DNA from: an uncultured Leptospirales bacterium
GTDB lineage: Bacteria; Spirochaetota; UBA4802; JAKQUI01
Direction: 5' to 3'
NCBI GenBank assembly: GCA_964652955.1
Contig: CAZZCF010000004.1
Coordinates: 12,514 to 76,513, forward strand
DNA: 64,000 nt
The notes under the pieces were generated by a model. That model had not been told where the DNA came from. It ran no database searches and saw only the letters and a program-made list of their open reading frames with translations. Shown in pieces: positions 10,170 to 20,285 of this stretch. The number at the start of each line of letters is the position of its first letter. Positions within the stretch are counted from its first letter, which is position 1. A program made the translations under genes and the position numbers.

Positions 10170-10728
10170 GAATCACCACTTGTTTCGAAAACATCGGGAA
10201 GAGGTAAATATGAATGTAATGGGGTTTTTTTTCAATTATAATCTTACCCTGTTTGTTATGATCTGCTCTCCCTCACTGCTTCGACGGTGTTGTCTCCGGC
10301 AACCCCCATCAACTGCACTGTAATGTGTAATCGAGCATATACGACTTTTGGCAGGGTATTGTTCTCTTTTTTCTCCTGTTCTTTATTTAACTCCTTCTTA
10401 CATGTCATTTCAAGTTTTTTTCTGTATTGTGGCTTAAAAATGATGATGAAAAACTGTTGCAATACCGGTGTATACCATCACGTTGAGGATCACTGATTAC
10501 TCGCTTCCGGATTTTGATGGTGGATCTTCGGCTGTTGTTCATATTCAGTGCTTGACAGGGGTGGTTGTGAGTTATATAGTTAAGAGCGTCATTCTATAAA
10601 GAATTATAACAATAGTTTCTTTCGATCGGGATCAACCGCTGCTCACTGATAGTATGCACTTTTTCATTTCGATCCACTTGATAGTCTACATGCTTCTGAT
10701 GCGGAGTTGCTGCAGGGAGGAGAGTGAC

Positions 10729-13605
10729 ATGCGAGAATTGTCAATCATGATTGTTGAAGATGAGCCCATCATTGCGATGGACCTGCAGAATACGCTCAGA
10801 AGCCTCGGCTATAGGGTATTCGACATCGTCTCGTCTGGCGAGGAGGCTTTAGAGAAGGTTGGCGAGGGAAACCCCGATCTCATCATCATGGATATTGTCC
10901 TTTCTGGAGTGATGGATGGCATCGAGGCGACAAAATTGATTCAGGAGCGGTTCAATATACCGGTTATTTATATTACCGCTCACACTGGCGGTGAAACACT
11001 GACGCGTGTACGAGAGACGTCACACTACGGATACCTGGTGAAACCTATCGGGATAAACGATCTCTATTCCAGCATTGAAACTGCCATATACCGGCATGAG
11101 ATGGAGAGCAGATTGCGGGAGAGCGAGGAGCGGTATCGGGCGCTGGTGGAGAATGCGAAGGATGCCATTATCGTTACGCAGAACGGATTCATCGTTTATG
11201 CAAATCCCATGGCAACTCAGTTATCCGGTTATCCGCATCAAGAATTAGTGAAAAAATCATACGAAGAATTCATTCATCCGGATGAGGTCGAATGGGTACG
11301 TGAGCAGTTTATCAGGCGTTTGGCTGGAGAAGACGTTCCTGATATCACCGTAACGAGAATCGTCAATAGCGATGGTGAGATAAAAACTATTGAGGCCAAA
11401 ACAGCCATGATCGTATGGGAGGGGAAGCCCGCGTTTATGGATATAGTAACCGACATCACCGAGCGAAAGCTGATAGAGGAAGAGCTTCGCGAGTACGAGG
11501 ATCGATACCGCGCCCTCTTCGATGGCTCTCTCTACTGTGTTTATATTAGCGACTTTGAGGGTAGATTTATCGATGCCAATAAGACGGCGCTGCAGTTGCT
11601 GGGGTATACGCATGAGGATATTACGCAGTTGAACTTTGCATCGCTGATCGATGACGAAGATCTCAACAGGGCATTTCGCATTATGGGCGAGTTTATCGAA
11701 GATGGCTATCATAAAGATCTCAGCCGGTATCGGCTTCGCAAAAAGGACGGTGGGTGCGTCTGGGTGGAAACCGATGCCTCGATAATATATCGTGACCGGG
11801 AGCCCGTGGCAATACAGGGAATCGCCCGTGACATTACCGATCGGGTCAGAGCAGAGGAGATTCTGCGTGAGAAGGACAAGGCCATCGCATCTTCGATAAA
11901 CGGTATCGCTCTTGCTGATTTGAGCGGAGCGTTGACCTATGTCAACTCCTCATTCCTCCGCATGTGGGGGTATGATAGTGAGAGTGAGGTGGTGGGGGAA
12001 TTAACTACAGATTTCTGGGAAAATGCTGATGAGGCGCGGGAAGTCATTGAAGCGCTGCAGCGTGAGGAGAACTGGATCGGAGAGATGGTCGCGCGGCGGA
12101 AAGACGGGAGCACCTTTGATGTCCACCTGTCCGCGAGCATCATGACCGACGAGCAGGGGACACCGGTCAGCATGTTCGGTTCATTTATCGATATTACCGA
12201 GCGCAAGCGTATGGAGGCCGAGCTCTTTGATGCGGAGGAGAAGTATACGGCGATCTTCGAGCGTTCCTTTGATGCCGTTTTTATCAATGACTTCAGGGGG
12301 AATTTCATCGACGCAAACTCGAGAGCGCTGGAATTGACCGGTTATTCACGGGAGGATGTCGGCTCCCTTAATTTCGCGGATTTCGTATCTGAGGACCAGT
12401 TGCCAATGGCAGCCCGTGCCCTTGAAGAGCTGATGGAGACAGGGAGCCAGAAGACACCGAATGAATACCGGATGCAGAGAGAGGACGGCACCTTCATCTG
12501 GGTTGAAACGAGGAGCTCGGTGATATATCGTGGAGGAGAGCCCTATGCGGTACTCGGTATTGCCAGAGATATCACCGAACGCAAGCTCGCCGAGGAGGCG
12601 CTCCGGGAGAGTGAAGCACGCTACCGGCAACTTGTCGATTACGCCCCTGCGGGCATCATCGAAATTGATATTGCCAGTGGAAGATTTCTGAGCATTAATG
12701 ACATCGTCTGTGATTATACCGGTTTCTGCAGGGAGGAGCTGCTTTCAATGACTCCCTCTGATATATTAACCGAAGAGAGTTTTACTCATTTTACCGATAG
12801 GCAGAGGCAGGCGCTCTCCGGCGAGCTCCCCTCGGATTATACAGAGTACCGCGTGAGGGCGAAGGACGGTCATGAGCTCTGTGTGAGCACCCATACGCGA
12901 CTGATCGCCGAAGGGGAAAAACCCGTGCGGGCCACGGTTATCATACATGATATAACCTACCGCAAGAGGGCGGAAGAGACTCTCAGAAGTGCCCTTCATG
13001 AAAAGGAGGTTCTCCTCAAGGAGATTCATCACCGGGTCAAGAATAACTTCCAGATAATTATGAGCCTGCTTAATCTGCAGAAGAGAAAGCTCACAGAGGA
13101 GAGATTGGTTGAAGAATTTTCCAGTTCTCAGAATCGCATCAGGGCAATGGCGCTCATACACGAGCTCCTCTATCGGGCTGATAATCTCTCGAGAATATAT
13201 TTCTCGGAATACATCCATTTGATTGCGAGAGAGCTGTTACAGGGCTTTTCCGCTGATAAGCGACGAATTTCACTTGAGGTGAATGCTGAAGGGGTACATC
13301 TCGCTATTGATCAGGCAATTCCCTGCGGCCTGATCATCAATGAGCTCCTTACGAACTCACTCAAGTACGCCTTTCCGGAAGTGCGAGACGGGAAGGTAGC
13401 AATATCGATGAGGGCTGATAACGATACGGTACATCTTATCGTCGGTGATAATGGCGTGGGGATGCCGAAACACATTGATATAACACGAACTGAAACACTG
13501 GGGTTGAAGCTCGTTTCGCTTATGGTTGAAAATCAACTCAAAGGGTCTCTCACACTTGATCGGAAGCGCGGATCGGAATTCATCATCGTGTTTCCCATGC
13601 AATAG
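10729..13605 (+). CDS. hybrid sensor histidine kinase: N-terminal receiver + multiple PAS domains + HisKA_2/HATPase
   Basis: GGAGG RBS then ATG at 10729. Receiver domain (MIVEDEPIIAMDL..DLIIMD). At least five PAS repeats bounded by ITERK/ITDRV-like junctions. HHRVKNNFQIIMSLLNLQ (HisKA_2 H-box) and GDNGVGMP ATPase G-box. Confidence 0.85.
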   Translation: MRELSIMIVEDEPIIAMDLQNTLRSLGYRVFDIVSSGEEALEKVGEGNPDLIIMDIVLSGVMDGIEATKLIQERFNIPVIYITAHTGGETLTRVRETSHYGYLVKPIGINDLYSSIETAIYRHEMESRLRESEERYRALVENAKDAIIVTQNGFIVYANPMATQLSGYPHQELVKKSYEEFIHPDEVEWVREQFIRRLAGEDVPDITVTRIVNSDGEIKTIEAKTAMIVWEGKPAFMDIVTDITERKLIEEELREYEDRYRALFDGSLYCVYISDFEGRFIDANKTALQLLGYTHEDITQLNFASLIDDEDLNRAFRIMGEFIEDGYHKDLSRYRLRKKDGGCVWVETDASIIYRDREPVAIQGIARDITDRVRAEEILREKDKAIASSINGIALADLSGALTYVNSSFLRMWGYDSESEVVGELTTDFWENADEAREVIEALQREENWIGEMVARRKDGSTFDVHLSASIMTDEQGTPVSMFGSFIDITERKRMEAELFDAEEKYTAIFERSFDAVFINDFRGNFIDANSRALELTGYSREDVGSLNFADFVSEDQLPMAARALEELMETGSQKTPNEYRMQREDGTFIWVETRSSVIYRGGEPYAVLGIARDITERKLAEEALRESEARYRQLVDYAPAGIIEIDIASGRFLSINDIVCDYTGFCREELLSMTPSDILTEESFTHFTDRQRQALSGELPSDYTEYRVRAKDGHELCVSTHTRLIAEGEKPVRATVIIHDITYRKRAEETLRSALHEKEVLLKEIHHRVKNNFQIIMSLLNLQKRKLTEERLVEEFSSSQNRIRAMALIHELLYRADNLSRIYFSEYIHLIARELLQGFSADKRRISLEVNAEGVHLAIDQAIPCGLIINELLTNSLKYAFPEVRDGKVAISMRADNDTVHLIVGDNGVGMPKHIDITRTETLGLKLVSLMVENQLKGSLTLDRKRGSEFIIVFPMQ

Positions 13606-13828
13606 TGAACGGCAGCCCTGAATACCTGGCGATTGCCTCTTTTGCAGGGGCTTCGTTAAAAAATATTGATATGTATGAAAATCTTTCATTACTATTGAGT
13701 GTGATAGTATTATTCCACAGTTCCCCTTCATCATGTTCAAAATGTATGGTTCGTATATCTTTGAGGATACTATGATATTTTTTGTTTGCATTTTTTCAGG
13801 GTGATGGTGTCTCTCGAGCAATATCGAT

Positions 13829-15049
13829 ATGAAAAAAGTAAAGATTCCCGATAGAAAAGAGGCTCGTGCACAGTATGACAGGTGCCGCTCCCACTACACC
13901 GTTGTCCTGCGGAAAATACAGCGAAGGATTCGTGATCTGCTCTTACGGAATGAGATTGAGGCAACGGTCAAATATCGGTTGAAGCGTTTTGAAGCCTACT
14001 ATAAGAAGCTCATAAAGCACAACAGTACCGCTCAACGGCAGCTTCGCGTTAATGATGTTCTTGGTATCAGAATTGTCTGCCCCTTCCTTGAGGATATCGA
14101 TAGCATTGCGAAGCTCGTTCATGATCATTTCACGGTCATCGAAGTGGAACGGAAGGGGATGAGGCACTCACTGGATGAATTCGCCTATGATTCGGTACAT
14201 CTGCTCGTTGAGATTCCCTACTCGCTCTCATCATCTCTCCCCTGTATGAGGAAGGTTTGTGAGATTCAGCTCCGTACGATATTGCAGGATGCATGGGCTG
14301 AAGTTGAGCACGAGCTCATTTACAAGGCTGACTACTCTCCTCTCAATGAACCGATCAAGAGAAAGCTTGCATCCCTCAACGCAATCCTGACGCTCTCGGA
14401 TATCGTTTTCCAGGAAATTCGGAACTATCAGCGTGAATTGAAAGAGCTCGGCGAGATGCGTCGGGAAAGCCTCCATGAGAAAATAGCGGAGGAGGAGATT
14501 TCACTTATCAGTCGCGTTGAAAAGCTTCCCCCGATGGAGAGCGTTCAGTTGAAAATGCCGAGAAACCCGAAGAACCGGCTGGAGAAGCTCATCTTTGAGG
14601 CGCTGGATGCTCATAACCAGCACCGGTATGATCAGGCAATTCATGCCTATTCTGCCATTCTCAATATGAAGGTGGATCCCAGAGTGCGCTCCATAATATA
14701 CAATCATCGCGGGATGGCGTACTTTGTACAATCCGAATACAGAAAATCGGTACGGGATTTTACCCGCGCGATAGATTATAACGGCGAGAATTTCAGAGCG
14801 TATATCAACCGCGGGTTGGCCTATCGAATGCTGGAGCGGTACGAGCGGGCTCTTGAAGACTTCAACCGTTCACTGCAAATCAACGCCCTGTACGTCGAAG
14901 GTTATTACGGGAGGGCGCTGGCATACCTGGATTTGCACGACTATCTCCGGGCACTGGAGGATTGTCAGGAAGCATTGAACATCAAATCTGATTTTATTCC
15001 CGCACAGCGATTGCGCGGGGTGATTGAGTCAAAGCTCTACAATCGATGA
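13829..15049 (+). CDS. RelA/SpoT-domain (small alarmone synthetase-like) protein fused to C-terminal TPR repeats
   Basis: Basic N-terminal stretch, G-loop DVLGIRIVCPFLEDID, and synthetase motif CEIQLRTILQDAWAEVEHELIYK (ExQxRT...WAE...H..YK) as in RelQ/RelP and toxSAS enzymes. Coiled-coil linker followed by several TPR repeats (AYFVQSEYRKSVRDFTRAIDYN...). Confidence 0.75.
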   Translation: MKKVKIPDRKEARAQYDRCRSHYTVVLRKIQRRIRDLLLRNEIEATVKYRLKRFEAYYKKLIKHNSTAQRQLRVNDVLGIRIVCPFLEDIDSIAKLVHDHFTVIEVERKGMRHSLDEFAYDSVHLLVEIPYSLSSSLPCMRKVCEIQLRTILQDAWAEVEHELIYKADYSPLNEPIKRKLASLNAILTLSDIVFQEIRNYQRELKELGEMRRESLHEKIAEEEISLISRVEKLPPMESVQLKMPRNPKNRLEKLIFEALDAHNQHRYDQAIHAYSAILNMKVDPRVRSIIYNHRGMAYFVQSEYRKSVRDFTRAIDYNGENFRAYINRGLAYRMLERYERALEDFNRSLQINALYVEGYYGRALAYLDLHDYLRALEDCQEALNIKSDFIPAQRLRGVIESKLYNR

Positions 15050-15103
15050 ACCCCTGCAGTGTCGGTAAATGCTTTCGTGAATGCCTGGCGGCTCAGCATG
15101 CTC

Positions 15104-16867
15104 TCAAAAACCGAAGAGCCCCCGGAATTCGCTCCGATTGTCCGAATTGTCCTTGCAGAGAATGAGCACGTGATGCAGCCCCTCTGATACGGCGGCGCGG
15201 GAGAGCTTCAGCTCCAGCCATCTTCGGTCACTGTCGTATCGAAAGGGATATGCTTCACCATCAATGAAACAGGATACTGAGCGGAGGTCAACGCCGGCGA
15301 GGTTGTCCCGTATGTGAAATCGAATGATACGGTATAGTGCGTCATCCTCGACGAATTCATGCGTGGGGGGGATAGAAACAGCGGGTGGTTCTCGATCACG
15401 GATGAGTGCGAAGTACCCGTTTGTTTTTGTCCAGGCGATGAATCGATCCTTCTTCGGATCATAGGTTGTCGGGCAGGAGGAGGGGAATTCACCTTCGAAG
15501 AAATTGTAGAGAAAGATATTCTTCGCTTCTGCGGGAGTGAGCCCCCGCGGTCTTTTGATGGTTACCTGCACCGGTCGACGATAGAGGCTGTCGAAGGGGT
15601 GCAGCGCATATATTTTCTGGATATCGTATCGGTTAAGAGAGAAGGTTTTCTCAAGAGAGTGCTCGATTGCTTTCGGGATGCGATCGGTAATCCTGATCAG
15701 TGCATTATGGTTCAGGCTATACGGCCTCATGGCGACCGCTATCTCACGCGTTTTGTTCCATGTCGAAAAATGCCTCGAGCGGTTGATGGGAACAAAATCA
15801 TCATGGTGCGATACGGATGTATCTCCGATGAGCGAGAAAGTCATCACCGAGATGTTGCCCGCGTAATCGAATACCGCAACGGTATAGTTCTTCTTCCCCC
15901 GCGGAATGGTGACGTATCCGTTTCCCGACGGTGCAATACCGCTGAAGGTGTTTTTCGTTCTTCGACAGAGGAAATAGGTATAGGTAAATTCTCCATCGAG
16001 AAATGACTTTGAAATATCATATATGAGATATCCTTTTCGATAATCGATCCATCGCAGACTGTCGAAGCTGATCTCGAATATCTTTCTGTTCTCCTCGAAG
16101 AGCTGCAATCGATGGACGGCAACCTTGTTCTCAGCGCCTATTCTGTCATAACAGGAAATCTTGAAAAAGAGCCTGTCGGAAGGTGAAACCGGTATCGGAT
16201 CAATCTCGCTTCGATAGCGGCCTGACTGCACAATCAGCGGTATTCTCCGCTCATGTATGGTCGTGTTCTCCTTTTCAATGCAGAGGAAGAGGGAATCTAT
16301 CACCGGTGAGTCGGCATCCTTTATCCTGAAGAATTTCAGTGGATTAATCGTGCCATTTCCCTTTCGAAATTCGAAGTGAAGATGGGGATAGCCCGCCCCC
16401 GATTCGCCGGTGTAGCCGATGATATCTCCTCGCTGGTAGAGGGGGGCGGAAGTGAAAAATTTAAAATCGATCTTCCCGCCCACATAAATTGTTTTGAGCA
16501 GCTCAACGAGTGAGTGTATCCTGTGTTTGAAGTCCTCGTATTTCTGTAGGTGTGCATAGAAGCTGTGCGTATTGCCGTGGGCAATCTGCAGGGCATTCCC
16601 GTATCCCCGGTCCCATGAGACAATTCGGTATAATCGGCCCGTTGCGGTTGCAAAAACCGGATGCCCATTACGGCCGAGTGTTTTGATATCGATGCCGAAA
16701 TGGAAACGGGTTCCACGCCTCTCTCCGAGCGTGCCCGAAAGGCTCTTCGGAAGCTCGACGGGCCATCTGTACGAATTGACCGAATTGAGCGGGCGGGATG
16801 ATGAGAGAAAAAGTATCAGTATAATGATAGCTGCGAGTGCCGATGCTTTATTGAATCTCTGAGACAT
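15104..16867 (-). CDS. M23-family peptidase (peptidoglycan DD-metalloendopeptidase family) with large C-terminal domain
   Basis: Signal peptide after MSQRFNK (ATG at 16867). M23 motifs FHFGIDIKT...ATGRLY...GNALQIAHG..HSFYAHL and HLHFEF. About 350 aa of C-terminal sequence of unknown function. Confidence 0.75.
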   Translation of the reverse strand: MSQRFNKASALAAIIILILFLSSSRPLNSVNSYRWPVELPKSLSGTLGERRGTRFHFGIDIKTLGRNGHPVFATATGRLYRIVSWDRGYGNALQIAHGNTHSFYAHLQKYEDFKHRIHSLVELLKTIYVGGKIDFKFFTSAPLYQRGDIIGYTGESGAGYPHLHFEFRKGNGTINPLKFFRIKDADSPVIDSLFLCIEKENTTIHERRIPLIVQSGRYRSEIDPIPVSPSDRLFFKISCYDRIGAENKVAVHRLQLFEENRKIFEISFDSLRWIDYRKGYLIYDISKSFLDGEFTYTYFLCRRTKNTFSGIAPSGNGYVTIPRGKKNYTVAVFDYAGNISVMTFSLIGDTSVSHHDDFVPINRSRHFSTWNKTREIAVAMRPYSLNHNALIRITDRIPKAIEHSLEKTFSLNRYDIQKIYALHPFDSLYRRPVQVTIKRPRGLTPAEAKNIFLYNFFEGEFPSSCPTTYDPKKDRFIAWTKTNGYFALIRDREPPAVSIPPTHEFVEDDALYRIIRFHIRDNLAGVDLRSVSCFIDGEAYPFRYDSDRRWLELKLSRAAVSEGLHHVLILCKDNSDNRSEFRGLFGF

Positions 16868-16949
16868 TTCGATGCTCTTTCTGAGACAATTGTTGTGCGT
16901 TATAAAACGGTATATGCGTTTCAATCGAATATGCGATCCGTAACTCCAT

Positions 16950-17759
16950 TCAATCGCTCTTTGCCGCAAAAGCCTTGAAGAAGGTATAACAGAATGTTCC
17001 GTCCGATTCGGTTGTACGGTACATATCCCGTATTCCCTTATCGAAGATGGCTTCGGTGATGAGTTTCTGCTCCAGTGCCTGCTTTTTCACTCCTTCTATC
17101 ATCGCGGTGAATGTCTTTCTGGTAAAGCCGTCAACGAGTTCAGGCCTGCTGGAATCGACATAGACAGTGCGCGGTGAAACGCGGATGTCGATAAATCCCG
17201 CCTGTGAAAGCAGCGGGTACAGCTCTCTCCCGATCAGCGCATTGCCGCCCGCCTGCGCCTGCAATTCAATCTGGCAGCGGATCGCCTGACGGGCTTCTTC
17301 GCTTTCGGGATAAAAGTAAACAGAGCCGTGATCCCCCTCAATAACCGTTACAGTTCCTCCCGGTTTCATTACCTTTTTCAGGCACAAGAGGGAAGTAACC
17401 GGGTCGCGCAGGTGCTCCAGCACGAAGCAGACAAAAACATGATCAAATGTTTCCGGTTCAAAAGGGAGATGAAATATATCGGCGTGCTGGAATTGAACAT
17501 TGCTGAGATGTGCTGATTCGATTTTCAGTCGGGCCTGTTCCAGTGACACTTCCGAGAGGTCAATTGATGTAAAGAGCGTCTTCGGGTTTTTCCGGGCAAC
17601 GGTAATCGTCTGGGAGCCGATCCCGCAGCCTGCTTCAAGAACGTGATCGCCTTCCGGAAAAAGAGTATCTGCGTGAAGAAGCTCGGTCAGCGTTGTTGCC
17701 TGATCCTCGAGCCGCTGATTTTCTCTTTTTGAATAACCGTGAACGTATGCGTTGCTCAT
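16950..17759 (-). CDS. class I SAM-dependent methyltransferase
   Basis: Motif I VLEAGCGIGSQT and a Methyltransf_11/25-like layout. Confidence 0.75.
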   Translation of the reverse strand: MSNAYVHGYSKRENQRLEDQATTLTELLHADTLFPEGDHVLEAGCGIGSQTITVARKNPKTLFTSIDLSEVSLEQARLKIESAHLSNVQFQHADIFHLPFEPETFDHVFVCFVLEHLRDPVTSLLCLKKVMKPGGTVTVIEGDHGSVYFYPESEEARQAIRCQIELQAQAGGNALIGRELYPLLSQAGFIDIRVSPRTVYVDSSRPELVDGFTRKTFTAMIEGVKKQALEQKLITEAIFDKGIRDMYRTTESDGTFCYTFFKAFAAKSD

Positions 17760-17764
17760 TGTAT

Positions 17765-18373
17765 CTATTCGCTGTTTGCTCTTGTAATGCTTTGCACGGT
17801 GACTGCCGGGAGTATCGCCAGTATGAGATTGGTGATGAGTACCATGGTAGTGAGCATCGTTTTTGCCATGGAGAGAACTGTTGTCATACCAGCCGGTAAA
17901 GTGCCGAATGCTTTGAGGGGAATAATTTTCAGCGTCTGCACCATCAGGGGTATCACCATATACAGGTATATTGCGCTATCGACAAGAAGATATATGAGAG
18001 CCGCCCAGGCCCAGAGCTTCGTCACGGTAATTCCATACTCCCTTCTCGCCAGTATGCCGAAACCGCCGATAATGCCGGTGACGGAGATGATTCCCTTAAT
18101 CAGGTTCAGATTCGCTATCGAGATGAGAATAGTATAAACATTCCGATGGAGATCGCTGATCGTCTTTTCATCGAATTCCCGAAAGAATCTTCCGAAGCTC
18201 TCCGAATCGGTAATTCTGTCACCGTAGAGCAGGAGCGGAATGCCCTGTATCAGCGATCCGATGGTGAGGATGAGTCCGAAGATTAGCAGTAATAATCCGA
18301 TAGTGTTGAGTGTTTTGTTTTCGAAGATTTTCGCAGGTGGTTTTTCTGCTGATGCAATTATATGTTCACTCAT
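17765..18373 (-). CDS. hypothetical polytopic membrane protein
   Basis: 202 aa with 4-5 hydrophobic helices and no recognisable motif. Separated by only 6 bp from the downstream methyltransferase gene, suggesting co-transcription. Confidence 0.5.
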   Translation of the reverse strand: MSEHIIASAEKPPAKIFENKTLNTIGLLLLIFGLILTIGSLIQGIPLLLYGDRITDSESFGRFFREFDEKTISDLHRNVYTILISIANLNLIKGIISVTGIIGGFGILARREYGITVTKLWAWAALIYLLVDSAIYLYMVIPLMVQTLKIIPLKAFGTLPAGMTTVLSMAKTMLTTMVLITNLILAILPAVTVQSITRANSE

Positions 18374-18539
18374 TGTATTCGCTCACGGATTGAGAAATTG
18401 TTGCAGATGTGTTCATGAGATATGACAGAACTGTGACTAAGAATATACCGATGAGAATGCAAAGTCAAGCGACATCTGAAAAAAAGGGGCATCGTACAGG
18501 GATGCGATGTTGCAAACCTCTAAACTGCTCCTCTCTGCT

Positions 18540-19208
18540 TTAATAGCATACCGTTGCATATTCAACTATTGTATATTGCTGGACGGTTATAAGCCCGTTA
18601 TCGAATGCGGAAGATTTAATGAGCAGATTCCCCCTGTCGTCGAACTTGAAAAGGAGCAGAACCGGCAGTTTGGTACATCCCTTCGGGGATATCTCTTTAC
18701 CTCCGGATGATATCATGCGAATAATTTTTTCGGTATCGTTATAAATAACCTTAATGTCTCTGTTCAGACAGTTATGGCGATAATCGTATTTCCCCAGCAG
18801 GGGACGCCCCCTGGAATCCCAGGATCGCCAGCTTATCTCCAGCATCGACGACGAATTCCGGACCAGGCGGAATCGGCTGTCGTACCGATTGTGAAATGTA
18901 TGAGTTTCATCGCCCATCCTTTTCACCTGTTTGGTATAATAAGTGGAGCCGAAGGTGTTTCTTTCCCGTATGAAATCAGACCAGTGCCGGTAGTAGTAGG
19001 TGTCGGAGTAACTTTTTCTGCTCTCCTCACAGTGGAAGGCGTGATCCTCTCTGTTCAGAATGCATTTTGTTGTGACGCCCGATTCTGTTTCTACGAATTG
19101 TGCTGCATATTCGGTGCAGGGAGCGGATTCTTGCGTGCCAGAGAGCAGATGCACCGAGACCGGTATAGAAACTATGAGCATTCCAAACAGTATAAAATTT
19201 TTGATCAT
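18540..19208 (-). CDS. hypothetical secreted protein
   Basis: Signal-peptide-like N-terminus MIKNFILFGMLIVSIPVSVHLLSG. Aromatic-rich with several Cys residues and no identifiable domain. Start chosen at MIKNF (ATG at 19208). Confidence 0.45.
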   Translation of the reverse strand: MIKNFILFGMLIVSIPVSVHLLSGTQESAPCTEYAAQFVETESGVTTKCILNREDHAFHCEESRKSYSDTYYYRHWSDFIRERNTFGSTYYTKQVKRMGDETHTFHNRYDSRFRLVRNSSSMLEISWRSWDSRGRPLLGKYDYRHNCLNRDIKVIYNDTEKIIRMISSGGKEISPKGCTKLPVLLLFKFDDRGNLLIKSSAFDNGLITVQQYTIVEYATVCY

Positions 19209-19388
19209 GGTGATTCGGGATATCAATGTGCATGAACATCGCACGACGGTGAGAGTATCTCTTTCTATCTCAAATCCGTCAAACAGTTTCCGAGAGCGGT
19301 GAACGTATCTTTTCCGCTATGAGAATTTAATCGCATAGTCATCGCCGAATGAATCAGCTCATTTTATGCTGGGGAAACAGTTACTCAT

Positions 19389-20066
19389 TTAATGAACTGG
19401 AGCGAGATAGAGGAGCACGGCGAGGTAATGGCAGATGCTCCCTCCCATGACGAAAACATGCCAGATAGCATGGTTGTATCGAATCTGCTTCAGCGCGTAA
19501 AAGATAATTCCAACCGTGTAGACGACACCGCCGATTCCGATCAGTAATAATCCACCCGGGGGAATTGCTGTGACAAACTCTTTTACTGCCACAACGCTCA
19601 TCCATCCCATGAGTATGTAGGCCAGCACGGATAGTTTTTGAAAGCGATGGATGAACAGGGCCTTAAAGCCCACTCCCAGTATTGCGAGCCCCCATACAAT
19701 GAAGAGCAGGGTCCATCCCCACACACCCCTTATGGAAACCAGGAGGAATGGTGTGTAGGTGCCTGCAATGAGCAAAAAAATTGACGCATGATCAAAGACC
19801 CGAAATATCTGTTTTACGTTCGGTTGCTGAAAGCTGTGATACAGGGTTGATGCCAGATACAGTATTACCAGCGTAGCCCCGTAAACGCTGAAGCTTACAA
19901 TATGATAAACGTTGCCGTACAGTACGGCCAAAACTACCAGCAGGGTCAGGCCGGCAATACTCAGCCCGGTTCCGATACCGTGTGTTATGCCGTTGGCAAT
20001 CTCCTCGCCCAGCGTATAGAGCCGTGCAATAGTAGTGTTTCTTCTTTTTATGAATGGCGATGTCAT
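19389..20066 (-). CDS. hemolysin III family channel protein (PAQR/HlyIII)
   Basis: 7-TM protein with the characteristic N-terminal EEIANGITHGIG motif of HlyIII/YqfA. Confidence 0.8.
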   Translation of the reverse strand: MTSPFIKRRNTTIARLYTLGEEIANGITHGIGTGLSIAGLTLLVVLAVLYGNVYHIVSFSVYGATLVILYLASTLYHSFQQPNVKQIFRVFDHASIFLLIAGTYTPFLLVSIRGVWGWTLLFIVWGLAILGVGFKALFIHRFQKLSVLAYILMGWMSVVAVKEFVTAIPPGGLLLIGIGGVVYTVGIIFYALKQIRYNHAIWHVFVMGGSICHYLAVLLYLAPVH

Positions 20067-20285
20067 CGTATGGAACACTCCCTTCCGGATTCTGTATGAT
20101 GATTGTTCTGATGCATGTATAGTGGCGAAGCGTTTTTGTATTTTACAGTTATGTCTTTCGGCATTTCCGCTAATTCGCTTATCAGGATGAGAGCCCTATT
20201 GTCCAACTCGCATTCCCATCACTGTTGTGGGCTACATTCGCCTGCCTGCCTTTTTTTTCAAGTGAAATATGAAGTTTTTTTGATT

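Noticed and set aside
15359-16006. 215-aa plus-strand ORF inside the M23 peptidase gene; 7043..7567 plus-strand ORF inside the first M24 gene; 39316..39927 plus-strand ORF inside the secreted-protein gene; 35787..36203 inside the membrane hydrolase gene
   Set aside because: All are antisense to longer ORFs with recognisable domains or signal peptides; no motifs of their own.
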